Shown here piece after piece: positions 41,677 through 51,358 of a DNA stretch of 64,000 nt. Origin of the DNA: Myxococcota bacterium. Its GTDB lineage: Bacteria; Myxococcota_A; UBA9042; PHBI01. Location of the stretch: positions 6,534 through 70,533 of the forward strand of contig JAXLYZ010000030.1 of the NCBI GenBank assembly GCA_046351155.1, in the 5' to 3' direction. The position numbers and the translations under genes were made by a program. Within the stretch, counting starts at the first letter, position 1, and every line of letters starts with the position of its first letter. The notes beneath the pieces were generated by a model. That model did not search any database. It saw only the letters and a list, made by a program, of their open reading frames with translations, and was not told where the DNA came from.

Positions 41677-42722
41677 CGGGGACCGAGCGCGGCGGCCAGC
41701 GCGCGCGTGAGCGCCGCCGCCGGGACCGCCCTGCAGCCGCTCGCGTTCTGCCCCGCCCACAGCGTCGTGAAGTCGGAGCTTCCGCGCGACTCGGCCGCCG
41801 CGCGGAGCGGCGCGACGGCCGCGGTCGCGAGCGGGAAGTCCGGCGCCAGCGCGCTCAGCGGGCCGACCTCGCGCATCAGGCGATTGACGATGCCGCGCGC
41901 CGGTCGCCCGGTGAAGACGTTCGTCAGCGCCGTCGCGTGCGCGGCGTCGCTCGTCAGCGCGGCGCGATGCAGCGCGCTGGTCGTGGCCTCGGGGCAGAGG
42001 AGGTAGGCCGTCCCGACCTGCACGCCAGCGGCGCCGAGCGCCATGGCGGCGGCGACGCCGCGCGCGTCGGCGATGCCGCCGGCGGCGATGACCGGGACGC
42101 GGACCGCGTCGACGATCTGTGGGACCAGCGCCAGCGTGCCGAGCTGGACGCCGACGTCGTCGGACAGGAAGTGGCCGCGATGGCCGCCGGCCTCGAGCCC
42201 CTGCGCGATGATGGCGTCGACGCCGCGCGCCTCGAGCCAGCGCGCCTCGGCGACGGTCGTGGCCGACGACAGGATCTTGGCGCCGGTCCGCCGCACGCGT
42301 TCGAGCAGCGCCGGCTCGGGCAGTCCGAAGTGGAAGCTCACGACGGCGGGCCCGAATTCTTCGATGGCGGCGGCGGCGTCAGCATCGAACGGGAGTCGTC
42401 CCGGTCCGGCCGGGATGGCCTCGGGATCGATGCCGAGCTCGGCGTAGTAGGGCGCCAGGCGCCGTCGCCAGGCGGCCTCGCGCGCGGCGTCCGGCGCCGG
42501 CGGCGCGTGGCAGAAGAAGTTCACGTTGAAGGGCCGCGTCGTCGCCGCGCGCAGGGCGGCCAGCTCGGCGCGGAGCTCGCGCGGACCGAGCGTCGCCGCC
42601 GGCAGCGAGCCGAGCCCGCCCGCGTTCGACACGGCGACGGCCAGCGCGCTCCGCTGCACGCCGGCCATCGGCGCCTGGATGATCGGGAGCTCGATGGCGA
42701 ACAACTCTCGAATCGACCGCAT
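41673..42722 (-). CDS. Nitronate monooxygenase (NMO / 2-nitropropane dioxygenase family, FMN-dependent)
   Basis: ATG at 42722 follows GGAGGA. Motifs: ELPIIQAPMAGV, SNAGGLGSL, IIAQGLEAGGHRG and VIAAGGIADARG. Confidence 0.9.
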   Translation of the reverse strand: MRSIRELFAIELPIIQAPMAGVQRSALAVAVSNAGGLGSLPAATLGPRELRAELAALRAATTRPFNVNFFCHAPPAPDAAREAAWRRRLAPYYAELGIDPEAIPAGPGRLPFDADAAAAIEEFGPAVVSFHFGLPEPALLERVRRTGAKILSSATTVAEARWLEARGVDAIIAQGLEAGGHRGHFLSDDVGVQLGTLALVPQIVDAVRVPVIAAGGIADARGVAAAMALGAAGVQVGTAYLLCPEATTSALHRAALTSDAAHATALTNVFTGRPARGIVNRLMREVGPLSALAPDFPLATAAVAPLRAAAESRGSSDFTTLWAGQNASGCRAVPAAALTRALAAALGPR

Positions 42723-42819
42723 CGCGTCCTCCGTCCTGCCTGACGATACCGGGCGCCGCGAGCCGGGCACCTCGGCGCGCGCTTGTTCGCGGGCCGCTCC
42801 TCTTCTAAGGTCCGCCGCC

Positions 42820-44820
42820 ATGAGCGCCAAGCCCCCTCCGACCCCGACGACGCCCGACGCCCCCGACATGCCGGTCGACAAGCCGGTCGACGCCATGGAT
42901 GTCGACGAGCTGGCGGCGGCGGTGCGCTGGCACAACTACCGCTACTTCGTCCTCAACCAGCCCTCGATCTCCGACTACGCCTTCGACCGCCTCACGCGCC
43001 GCCTGAAGGCGCTGGCGCCCGACCACCCGGCGCTGGCCGAGCTCACCAACGACGCCACCACCGGCGAGGTGCGCTTCCATGACTCGCCCATGCTGTCGCT
43101 CGACAAGGCTTACGCCGAGAGCGAGGTCCTGAAGTGGGCCGAGAGCTTCGTCGGCGACGTGGTCGAGGCCCCGAAGATCGACGGCATCGCCGCGTCGCTG
43201 AAGTACGACGCGCAAGGCAAGCTGGTGCAGGCGGTGACGCGCGGCGACGGCGTGCGCGGCGAGCTCTTCACGCCCAACGCGCGCTACATCGGCTCCATCC
43301 CGCAGGAGCTCCAGGGCGGCGGCGGGCCGGTCGAGGTGCGCGGCGAGGTGTATCTGCCACTCTCGGTATTCCGCCGGAAATTCGCCGAGCAATTTGCCAA
43401 TCCGCGCAACACCGCCGCCGGCGCCATCAAGCAGAAGGAGCCGCACAAGACCGCCGACTACGAGCTGCGCTTCTTCGCCTACGGCGTGCGCGGCAAGGAC
43501 GGCTTCGGCAAGCTCACCGAGATGCTCGCCTGGGCCCACGACAGGGGCTTCCCGGTCGTGCCGCACGCGGTCGTGGCGCGCGCCGACATGGGCGCCGGGC
43601 ACGCCGCGTGGCTCGCCGACCGCGAGAAGATCGACTGCGAGCTCGACGGCGTCGTCTACACCGCCGACCTGCTGGCCGAGCAGCGCCGCCTGGGCGAGAC
43701 GTCGCACCACCCGCGCTGGGCCATCGCCTTCAAGTTCCAGGGCGAGAGCGCCAGGACGCGCATCGCCGACATCGAGTGGTCGGTGTCGCGGAGCGGCGCC
43801 ATCACCCCCATCGCCGTCATCGATCCGGTGGTGCTGTCGGGCGCCGAGGTGTCGCGCTGCTCGCTCCACAACCTGGCCATCATGGCCAAGCTCGGCGCGG
43901 GCATCGGCGCCGAGGTCATCGCCAGCCGCCGCGGCGGCGTCATCCCCCACATCGAGTCGGTGGTCGTCCCCGGCCCCGAGCTGGCCAAGCCGCCCGAGCG
44001 CTGCCCGGCGTCGGGGCACGCGACGGTGGTGGTCGGCGACTTCCTCATGTGCTCCGAGCCGCACCACTGCCCGGCCGCGCGCCTCGGCACGCTCGAGCAC
44101 TTCCTGAAGTGCGCCGACGTCGACGGCTTCGGCCCGAAGATCCTGGCGCAGGTGGTCGAGCGCGGCTGGGTCAGCGAGCCGGCCGACTTCTACCGCCTGA
44201 CCGTCGACGACCTGGAGCAGCTCGAGCGCCTCGGGCGGAAGTCGGCCCAGAACCTGGTCACCGCGCTCCAGGCCAAGCGCAGGCTGCCGCTGGCGACGCT
44301 GCTGGTGGCGCTCGGCGCCGACGCGCTGGGCTGGGTCGCGGCGCAGAAGCTGGCCTCCACCTTCGTCTCGCTCGAGCGCGTCATGGCCGCCAGCGAGGCC
44401 GACATCGCCGCCATCCACGGCCTCGGCGAGACCACCGCCAAGATCATCCGCGCCGGCCTCGACGCGCGCGCCGACCTGGTCGCGAACCTCGAGAAGGTCG
44501 TCACCGTCGAGGACCACGTGGCCGCGCCCGAGGTGCCGGCGGCGGCCATCGACCCGAACGACCCGCTGGCCGGCAAGAGCTTCGTCTTCACCGGCAAGCT
44601 CGAGAGCCTCGACCGCAAGACTGCGCAGTCGATCGTCAAGTCGCGCGGCGGCACCGCCCCCGACGACGTGAACAAGAACCTTGACTATCTCGTGGTCGGC
44701 GGCGACGAGGGCGAGGGCAAGAAGTCGTCGAAGATCAAGAAGGCCGAGAAGCTCCTCGCGGAGCAGGGCCGCCCGCAGATCATCAGCGAGGCCGACTTCA
44801 AGGCGCTGGCCGGCCTGTGA
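42820..44820 (+). CDS. ligA: NAD-dependent DNA ligase
   Basis: ATG at 42820 within track ORF 42526..44820. Adenylation motif VEAPKIDGIA. An OB/Zn-finger region (CPASGHATVVVGDFLMCSEPHHCPA) and HhH repeats follow. The C-terminal BRCT domain reads GKSFVFTGKLESLDRKTAQSIVKSRGG. Confidence 0.95.
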   Translation: MSAKPPPTPTTPDAPDMPVDKPVDAMDVDELAAAVRWHNYRYFVLNQPSISDYAFDRLTRRLKALAPDHPALAELTNDATTGEVRFHDSPMLSLDKAYAESEVLKWAESFVGDVVEAPKIDGIAASLKYDAQGKLVQAVTRGDGVRGELFTPNARYIGSIPQELQGGGGPVEVRGEVYLPLSVFRRKFAEQFANPRNTAAGAIKQKEPHKTADYELRFFAYGVRGKDGFGKLTEMLAWAHDRGFPVVPHAVVARADMGAGHAAWLADREKIDCELDGVVYTADLLAEQRRLGETSHHPRWAIAFKFQGESARTRIADIEWSVSRSGAITPIAVIDPVVLSGAEVSRCSLHNLAIMAKLGAGIGAEVIASRRGGVIPHIESVVVPGPELAKPPERCPASGHATVVVGDFLMCSEPHHCPAARLGTLEHFLKCADVDGFGPKILAQVVERGWVSEPADFYRLTVDDLEQLERLGRKSAQNLVTALQAKRRLPLATLLVALGADALGWVAAQKLASTFVSLERVMAASEADIAAIHGLGETTAKIIRAGLDARADLVANLEKVVTVEDHVAAPEVPAAAIDPNDPLAGKSFVFTGKLESLDRKTAQSIVKSRGGTAPDDVNKNLDYLVVGGDEGEGKKSSKIKKAEKLLAEQGRPQIISEADFKALAGL

Positions 44821-45905
44821 GGCCGCTCAGCGCGCTCGCCCTGGTCGGTGCCCTGGCCGCGTGCGGCAAGTCCGCGCCGCCCGACGTCGCCCCCGCGCCG
44901 GCCGATGACGTCATCGCCGTGCCGCCCCCCGATGTCGCCGTCGTCGCGCCGACCGATGCCATCCCCGAGCCGCCGGCCGACGTCGTCGCCACGCCGCCCG
45001 CCGACGTCGTCGCGGCCGCGGCCTGCATGGACGCGTGGCCGCTCCTCGAGAGCCCGCGCGCCGACGCGCGGACGCTCAGCTTCTGCGCGCGCGAGGGCCA
45101 CGGCGAGACGCTCACCTGCTTCCGCTACGACCTCGAGACCGACGCGCTGACGCGCGACGCCGCGGGTCCGCACGCGCCTCCGGCCGAGGCCCCGCCCGGC
45201 CCGAGCGACGCGAGCTTCACGGTCGACGATGCGGCCGGGACCATCCGTCTCTGCACCGACGCCGACCACTGCAAGACGCTCGAAGCGCGCGAGGCCTACG
45301 GCGTCTCCATGAGCCCGGACAAGAAGCTCCTGGCGGTGAACTCGCTGGGCGCGCTCTTCGACGTCGCGAGCGCCAGGCGCGTCGCCGTCTTCGAGGGTCG
45401 GAGCGACAAGCGCTTCCTCGGGCCGCTCGAGGGCGCCGGCTTCCTGGCCATCGCGTTCCTCGGTCCGCGCGTCGTGCTGAGCCTGGGCGGCGCGCCGGGC
45501 CCGCGCTACGCGTCGCTCACCGACACCACCTTCGCATGGGTCGCCCCGCTCGGCGGCCCCGACTTCCCCAACGACGTGTGGGAGGCGCTGCCGCTCGGCG
45601 ACGACGTCGTCGCGCTCACCGGCCTCAGCGCCAACTGGCTCGTCATCCAGGATCTGCGCTCGGGCAAGGTGCTCCATCGCGTCGACGTCGGCGCCGCGCG
45701 CAAGGACCGGACGCTGGTCGAGGGCGACGACGGCGGCCAGAGCAACATCCAGATGCTTCGCCTCGGCGGCGGCGACCTCATCGCGCTGCACGGCGGCAGC
45801 GACGGCGGCACCATCGTGCGCATCGACGTCGCCGCCGGGACCGTCAAGAAGGTTTACCACCTCCCGGTGTGCCCGACGCCGCTGCCGCCGCTGCTCCCGC
45901 CATGA
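44817..45905 (+). CDS. Lipoprotein, function unknown
   Basis: GTG at 44817 overlaps the ligA TGA as GTGA. MRPLSALALVGALAACG (lipobox), then a Pro/Ala/Asp/Val-rich linker and a globular part. Confidence 0.75.
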   Translation: MRPLSALALVGALAACGKSAPPDVAPAPADDVIAVPPPDVAVVAPTDAIPEPPADVVATPPADVVAAAACMDAWPLLESPRADARTLSFCAREGHGETLTCFRYDLETDALTRDAAGPHAPPAEAPPGPSDASFTVDDAAGTIRLCTDADHCKTLEAREAYGVSMSPDKKLLAVNSLGALFDVASARRVAVFEGRSDKRFLGPLEGAGFLAIAFLGPRVVLSLGGAPGPRYASLTDTTFAWVAPLGGPDFPNDVWEALPLGDDVVALTGLSANWLVIQDLRSGKVLHRVDVGAARKDRTLVEGDDGGQSNIQMLRLGGGDLIALHGGSDGGTIVRIDVAAGTVKKVYHLPVCPTPLPPLLPP

Positions 45906-45923
45906 CGCCGCGCCGCGGCCGGC

Positions 45924-46340
45924 TCACTCGTCGCTGGCACCCGGGCCGTAGGTCGGGCCGCGCTTGAAGACGCGGTTGAAGAAGTCCCACGCCACGCTCT
46001 TGGTCGGGCGCATGAACGTCTCGGTGCCGAAGAAGCGCCGGAAGTCAGCCTGGGTCGTGGCTCCGCTGAGCAGCCAGACGGCCGCCCGCTGCACGTCCTC
46101 GATGCGGTCGACGATGTTGCGGTAGCTCTTCGGCACCCCGTCGATCGACTGCATGATCTCGCGGAAGATCTGCACCTGCCGCATGAGCAGGTCGACCGAC
46201 ACGCCGTGCGTCCGGGCCAGCTGCTCGGCCACGGCCATGTTCGGCGCGGCCGGCTGGGGCTCACCACGAAGCAGCGTGACGTTGGGACGCCGGGTGGGGG
46301 CGAGGCGACTGACGAGGCTATCGAGGACGCGGGCCTGCAT
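45924..46340 (-). CDS. Hypothetical protein (138 aa)
   Basis: Ordinary composition (VDLLMRQVQIFREIMQSIDGVPKSYRNIVDRIEDVQRAAVWLL). No motif I recognise. The Shine-Dalgarno spacing at the annotated ATG is poor. Confidence 0.6.
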   Translation of the reverse strand: MQARVLDSLVSRLAPTRRPNVTLLRGEPQPAAPNMAVAEQLARTHGVSVDLLMRQVQIFREIMQSIDGVPKSYRNIVDRIEDVQRAAVWLLSGATTQADFRRFFGTETFMRPTKSVAWDFFNRVFKRGPTYGPGASDE

Positions 46341-46588
46341 GCCTCGGCTCTAGGGCAAGACCCGTGCCCGCCTGTCCGCTCGCGGGCGGCCGCCGCCCCG
46401 ACCAGCGACCAGTCCGGCCCGCCAGGCCGCCCGAAGCCGCCGTGATGGCGGTTCACGCAGGGGTCGGTCGGGGGCGGGAGAGTGCCGACGACGTGGCCAG
46501 AGTGAGGCGCAATTACACACCCGCCGGCAGGACCGCTTACCGCCGACCACGGGTTGTGCGAAAGGCCGAGCATCGGCAAGATGCGGTC

Positions 46589-47842
46589 ATGACCTCGCTG
46601 GACACCTCGCTGACCGTCAACGGCGAGCGGCTCTGGAAGTCGCTCATGGACCTCGCGCAGATCGGCAAGACCGCCAAGGACGGCGTCTGTCGCCTGGCCC
46701 TCACCGATCTCGACAAACAGGGCCGCGACCTGGTCGTGGGCTGGGCCAAGGAGGCCGGCCTGTCGGTCTCGGTCGACGCCATCGGCAACGTCTTCATGCG
46801 CCGGGCCGGCCGCGACCCGTCGCGCGCGCCCGTCATGTCGGGCAGCCACATCGACACCCAGCCGACGGGCGGGAAGTTCGACGGCAACTACGGCGTGCTG
46901 GCGGCGCTCGAGGTGGTGCGCACGCTCAACGACCGCGGCATCGAGACCGAGGCCCCGGTCGAGGTCGTCTTCTGGACCAACGAGGAAGGCTCTCGCTTCG
47001 TACCGGTCATGATGGGCTCGGGCGTCTTCGCCGGCGCCTTCACGCTGGAGCACGCCTTCGCCGCGCGCGACGTGGCCGGCAAGAGCGTGAAGGACGAGCT
47101 CGAGCGTATCGGCTACCTCGGCCCCGACGTGCCCGGCCGCCATCCGGTCGGCGCCTACTTCGAGGCCCACATCGAGCAGGGCCCGGTGCTCGAGGACGCC
47201 GACAAGACCATCGGCGTCGTGACCGGGGTGCTCGGCCTGCGCTGGTACGACTGCGTGGTGATGGGCCTCGAGGCGCACGCCGGGCCGACGCCCATGGCGC
47301 TCAGGAAGGACGCGCTCCAGGTCGCGAGCCGCATCATGCAGGAGGTCGTGGCCATCGCGAACCGCTACCCGCCATACGGTCGCGGCACGGTCGGCTTCGT
47401 CCAGGTGCATCCGAACAGTCGCAACGTCATCCCCGGCCGGGTGAAGTTCTCGATCGACCTGCGCAACGTCGATGACGCGCGCCTCGATCAGATGGACCGC
47501 GAGATCCGCGCCTTCATCGCCAAGACCGCGGCCGAGTCCGGCCTCGGCATCGAGATCGAGCAGGTCTCCTACTTCAAGCCCTGCCAGTTCGAGGCCGGCT
47601 GTGTCGACGCCGTGCGCGCGGCGACCGAGCGCCTCGGCTACTCGAACATGGAGTGCGTCTCCGGCGCCGGCCACGATGCCGTCTACGTGGCGCGGCTGGC
47701 GCCCGCGGGGATGATCTTCGTGCCGTGCAAGGACGGCATCAGCCACAACGAAATCGAGGACGCGAAGCCCGAGCATCTGACCGCCGGGTGCAACGTCCTC
47801 CTGCATGCGATGCTCGAGAGGGCCGGCGTGGTCGCACGCTGA
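46589..47842 (+). CDS. M20-family Zn-dependent amidohydrolase (allantoate amidohydrolase / N-carbamoyl-L-amino-acid hydrolase type)
   Basis: ATG at 46589 within track ORF 46364..47842. Motifs: MSGSHIDTQPTGGKFDGNYGV, WTNEEGSRF, GAGHDA and VPCKDGISHNEIE. Confidence 0.9.
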   Translation: MTSLDTSLTVNGERLWKSLMDLAQIGKTAKDGVCRLALTDLDKQGRDLVVGWAKEAGLSVSVDAIGNVFMRRAGRDPSRAPVMSGSHIDTQPTGGKFDGNYGVLAALEVVRTLNDRGIETEAPVEVVFWTNEEGSRFVPVMMGSGVFAGAFTLEHAFAARDVAGKSVKDELERIGYLGPDVPGRHPVGAYFEAHIEQGPVLEDADKTIGVVTGVLGLRWYDCVVMGLEAHAGPTPMALRKDALQVASRIMQEVVAIANRYPPYGRGTVGFVQVHPNSRNVIPGRVKFSIDLRNVDDARLDQMDREIRAFIAKTAAESGLGIEIEQVSYFKPCQFEAGCVDAVRAATERLGYSNMECVSGAGHDAVYVARLAPAGMIFVPCKDGISHNEIEDAKPEHLTAGCNVLLHAMLERAGVVAR

Positions 47843-47982
47843 GGACCCTGGCTGACTCGATCGAAGCGTGGCCCGCGTGGGTTACGTGTTCGACCAGCGG
47901 TTGCGGTGCGGGCCATTGCGGGGCCGCGCACACATAGAATACGACGGACGAGTCCGGTGTGCTTTTCCGGAGGAGGCAAGCG

Positions 47983-48270
47983 GTGTCGTACCCCGTGGCC
48001 AGTCAGCCAGCTGGTTTGCCGTCGATGCTCGAGCAAGCGCGGAAGTCGTGCATCGACGCGTCGCGTCGACTCGAGGACGCGCAGCGCGGGCTCGAGCAGG
48101 CGCTCGCGAGCGAGCGCAGCGGCCTCGCCGTCGATGTCGCGCGCCGCTCGACCGAGCTCGCCAGCTATCGCGTCGCGGCCGCGCGCCTCGCGTGGTTCCA
48201 CTCGGTGGTGCATCACGAGCGCATGAAGGCGCGCTTCCAGCTCATGGGGACCGATCCCGACCTCGGCTGA
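47983..48270 (+). CDS. Small hypothetical protein (about 95 aa, probably helical)
   Basis: GTG at 47983 lies 6 nt after AGGAGG (47971-47976); the track ORF starts at 47959. A GC-rich hairpin at 48278-48300 follows immediately. Confidence 0.55.
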   Translation: MSYPVASQPAGLPSMLEQARKSCIDASRRLEDAQRGLEQALASERSGLAVDVARRSTELASYRVAAARLAWFHSVVHHERMKARFQLMGTDPDLG

Positions 48271-48277
48271 GTCGAGC

Positions 48278-48300
48278 GGGCGGCCTCGCTGCGGCCGCCC
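48278..48300 (+). terminator. GC-rich hairpin (8-bp stem, 7-nt loop) just after the small-ORF stop; terminator-like, no U-tail
   Basis: GGGCGGCC-TCGCTGC-GGCCGCCC, a perfect stem, 8 nt downstream of the TGA at 48268-48270. Confidence 0.45.
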
Positions 48301-48599
48301 TCATCCGGCTGCGGGCCATGCGGCGCTCCCTCACCGAAGTGAGCCACGCACGGCTCCGGCATTTGCGACAGTCTCCGACTGGACGACGGCGGATCGCGCG
48401 TCGGAGAATCGGTGGCTGTCTATGACAGTTGCGGCCGACTGCCCTTTTGAACGGGGCGCGCGAGGTCCGCGTTGAACCTCACGGACAGTGCGCGTGACAA
48501 GCCGATCATCTTCGGTGATGATGGCTTCGAGGTCGCGAGTTCTCGCGGCCTCTCGAGGGCATCCTTCCCACACCGTTCACCACGAACAAAGGAGGGCCG

Positions 48600-48659
48600 A
48601 TGATGAGTCGAACATCCTGGAAGACCGGCTTGAACGGAGGAGATCTGATCTCCCAGTAG
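48600..48659 (+). CDS. Candidate 19-codon mini-ORF (MMSRTSWKTGLNGGDLISQ) behind a strong Shine-Dalgarno; may instead belong to a non-coding RNA
   Basis: AAAGGAGGG at 48588-48596 precedes ATGATG at 48600. Stop TAG at 48657-48659. It lies in a 535-bp, lower-GC, hairpin-rich intergenic region. Confidence 0.25.
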   Translation: MMSRTSWKTGLNGGDLISQ

Positions 48660-48680
48660 GGTTAGCGCCGGTCTTCGGTG

Positions 48681-48736
48681 GGCGCGTAGTCGGGGCCTCC
48701 CCTCGGGGCAGGTTCCGACACGCGCCTCACTTTTTT
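48681..48736 (+). terminator. Long hairpin followed by a T6 run; plus-strand terminator-like
   Basis: GGCGCGT (48681-48687) pairs with ACGCGCC (48720-48726). An inner GGGG/CCCC hairpin sits between them. TCAC and then TTTTTT (48731-48736) follow. T6 is rare at this GC content. Confidence 0.4.
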
Positions 48737-48805
48737 GTACCCCCCGCGGCTCGGCTCGCGAGGTCGCCGGCGCCCCCCATGCGCCGCGCTCGCGGCGATG
48801 GGGGG

Positions 48806-51358
48806 TCAGAAGCTGCCGCGGATCCCGAGCGACGGCGTGAGCGGCAGGCTCGTGATGTCGTCGCGCTTCCGGTAGTCCTCCGAATATTGGATGGACTCGA
48901 TATTGGCGCGATTGGTGGCGTTGTTGAGCTCGAAATAGAGGTCGAGGCGCCAGTCGTCGAAGACCCACGTCTTGTCGATGCGCAGGTCGAGCTGGAAGAA
49001 GCCGGCCGATCGCGCCGACAGCGGAGCGGCCGCGGCGCGCGGCACCCAGACGTCGGCGCCGGCGTCGAAGTAGGCCGGCTCGAGCGGCGTGAAGGGGTTG
49101 CCGGTGGCGTAGCGGACGCGCGTGCCGAAGCGCCAGCCGGCGCCGAGCTGCACGCCGCAGACCGCCGCCAGCACGTGCGTCTGGTCGAACGAGAAGAAGC
49201 GCTCCGGCTCGCCCGGGCGATCGACGCGACGTGAGCGCGACAGCGTGTAGGCCACCCACGCGTCGACGACCGGATGCTGCAGCCGGACGAGCAGCTCGCC
49301 GCCGTAGATGGTGCCGGTGCCGGCGTTGTCGTAGGGCACGCCGCCGTAGCTCCCGGTCGGCACCACCAGATCGTCAAGGGACTTGTAGAAGCCCTGGAGC
49401 TCGAGCGAGAGCACCTCGCCCAGGCGCTGCTCGAAGCCGAGGTTCAGGTAGGCCGCGCGCTCGGGGCCGAGCGCCGGGTTGCCGATCGACTCGGCCGTCT
49501 CGTCGGGCGCCGGCGCCTCGTGGTTCACGCCGCCGCTCAGCGTCAGCTGGCTGCCGTCGGCGACGCTCCAGCCGAGCGCGAGGCGCGCGTCGGGGGCGAC
49601 GGCCGAGAAGTTGCCGTACCAGGTCAGGAGCCGCAGCCCGCCCGTCAGCGTCAGCTCGGGCGCCAGCCGATAGGTGGCCTCACCCCAGCCATCCAGGCGG
49701 CCGCCGAAGCCGTCCTCGGTGGCGTTGACGATGGGCTGGACCTCGCTCGGCAGCTGCACCTGGCCTTCCTTGGTCGGCGCCGGCAGGCTCAGCGCCACGC
49801 GGAAGCGGAACAGCTCGGCCCACAGGCCGCCGCGGATGCGCAAGACCGGCGAGGGGCGCCAGTCGAGATCGGCGCGCGTCGTCAGCGGGTCGAACGTCAG
49901 CTGGAAGTCGTTCTCGGCCGGGCTCACGCGCAGCTTCTGGTAGCTCGTCGCGACCCCGAGCGAGAAGCCGAGGTCGTCGGCCAGCGCCAGCGACAGCGTC
50001 CCCTGCAGCTGATGGAACGAGCGCGCGAGCGAGAAGCCGCTGGCGCCCGGGTCGGCCGCGCCGGGCTCGCCGCCCAGCACCACCACCGAGTCGTCCGAGC
50101 CGAAGGCCAGGAGGCGGAGCCGCGTGTTGTCGTCGGGGTGATAATCGGCGCGCAATTGGTAGTCGTAGTAGCGCGGCGCCGTCGAGAAGCTGAAGCCGGC
50201 GTCGTCGCCGATGACTGCGCCGAGGATGGCGTCGACCCAGCTCCGACGCAGCGCCACACCGAGCGTCCAGTCGTCGGACAGCGGCACCGTCACGAGCGCC
50301 GCGGCGTGGTAGACGTTGACGTCGCCGTGGCCGTGGACGCCGTCGCGCGGCAGGTCGCGCAGCGTGACGTTGACCATGCCGCCGGTGGCGTCGCCGAACT
50401 CGGTCGAATATCCGCCGGCGCGAAAGTCGATGTCGCCGATCCACTCGTCCTGCAGCACCGAGTAGATATTGCCAAAATGGTAGAGCTGGAAGAGTGGCAG
50501 CCCGTCGATGTAGGTGCGCGTGTCCTCGGGCGCCGAGCCGCGCACGCTGAGCTCGCCGGCGCCCGGGCCGGCGGCCGCCGGGCGGGCCACGCCGGGCAGC
50601 GACTCGAGGACCTTGAGCGGGTCGCCGTTCGAGCCGGGGACCTCGCGCGCGCGCTCGACCGGGATCTGGATGCGCGCCGCGTCGCTCGTGCTCGAGCGAC
50701 CCTCGACGCGGGTGCGATATTGGCGCAGCTCGTCCGGCGTCACGCGCAGCGTGACCGAGCCCGGCACCGTCACGCCGCGGCGCGCGTCGCTCTCGTCGAA
50801 GAGCGGGACCGTCACGGTGTAGCGGCCGGTGGGCACGTCGCGGAAGGCGAAGCGACCGTCGGCGTCGGTCATCGTCTCGCGCCCGCCGCTGCCGGGTCCG
50901 CTGAGCTCGACCGTCACGCCGGCCACCGGCTTGCGCGTGCCGCGCTCGAGCACGACGCCCTCGACGCCGCGCGCGACGGTCGGCGTCGGCTCGGGCTCGC
51001 GGCGATCGCGCCCGGCCATGCTCGGCGCCGCGCCCAGCGCGACCGGCGCCACGATGCGCACGGCGATGCGGTTGCCGGCCAGCGTGGCCGGCACGAAGCG
51101 CGCCCGCGCCAGGGCCGCCAGCGCGATGTCGGCATAGGCCTGGCTCGGCGCGCGCACGACCTTCAGGTCGCTGCCGACGCCGTCGACGCCGACCGTCAGC
51201 TCGATGAGCACCGTCGTCGCCACGTCGCGGCGACCGGGCAGCACCGTCGGCAGCTCGAGCGGCGCGGCCAGGGTCGGCGGGATGATGGCCGAGGTCGGCG
51301 GCGTCGGCGCAGGCGGCGCCGACAGCGCGAGCGCGGCCGCGAGGGCCAGGCCGATCAC
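48806..51358 (-). CDS. Oar-like TonB-dependent outer-membrane transporter with N-terminal TonB-C-like and carboxypeptidase-regulatory-like domains
   Basis: GTG at 51358 overlaps the upstream TGA as GTGA and gives VIGLALAAALALSAPP (signal peptide). TonB_C-like segment: VLIELTVGVDGVGSDLKVVRAPSQAYADIALAALARARFVP. CarbopepD_reg-like segment: GVVLERGTRKPVAGVTVELSG...TDADGRFAFRDVPTGRYTV. Plug segment: GDPLKVLESLPGV...SVRGSAPEDTRTYIDG. A long beta-barrel region ends in ...SLGIRGSF. Confidence 0.88.
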   Translation of the reverse strand: MIGLALAAALALSAPPAPTPPTSAIIPPTLAAPLELPTVLPGRRDVATTVLIELTVGVDGVGSDLKVVRAPSQAYADIALAALARARFVPATLAGNRIAVRIVAPVALGAAPSMAGRDRREPEPTPTVARGVEGVVLERGTRKPVAGVTVELSGPGSGGRETMTDADGRFAFRDVPTGRYTVTVPLFDESDARRGVTVPGSVTLRVTPDELRQYRTRVEGRSSTSDAARIQIPVERAREVPGSNGDPLKVLESLPGVARPAAAGPGAGELSVRGSAPEDTRTYIDGLPLFQLYHFGNIYSVLQDEWIGDIDFRAGGYSTEFGDATGGMVNVTLRDLPRDGVHGHGDVNVYHAAALVTVPLSDDWTLGVALRRSWVDAILGAVIGDDAGFSFSTAPRYYDYQLRADYHPDDNTRLRLLAFGSDDSVVVLGGEPGAADPGASGFSLARSFHQLQGTLSLALADDLGFSLGVATSYQKLRVSPAENDFQLTFDPLTTRADLDWRPSPVLRIRGGLWAELFRFRVALSLPAPTKEGQVQLPSEVQPIVNATEDGFGGRLDGWGEATYRLAPELTLTGGLRLLTWYGNFSAVAPDARLALGWSVADGSQLTLSGGVNHEAPAPDETAESIGNPALGPERAAYLNLGFEQRLGEVLSLELQGFYKSLDDLVVPTGSYGGVPYDNAGTGTIYGGELLVRLQHPVVDAWVAYTLSRSRRVDRPGEPERFFSFDQTHVLAAVCGVQLGAGWRFGTRVRYATGNPFTPLEPAYFDAGADVWVPRAAAAPLSARSAGFFQLDLRIDKTWVFDDWRLDLYFELNNATNRANIESIQYSEDYRKRDDITSLPLTPSLGIRGSF

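Noticed and set aside
48560-48660. GTTCGAC (minus strand) T-loop-like string near the mini-ORF
   Set aside because: The T-stem would have only 4 bp with a mismatch, and no matching acceptor stem or CCA context exists.
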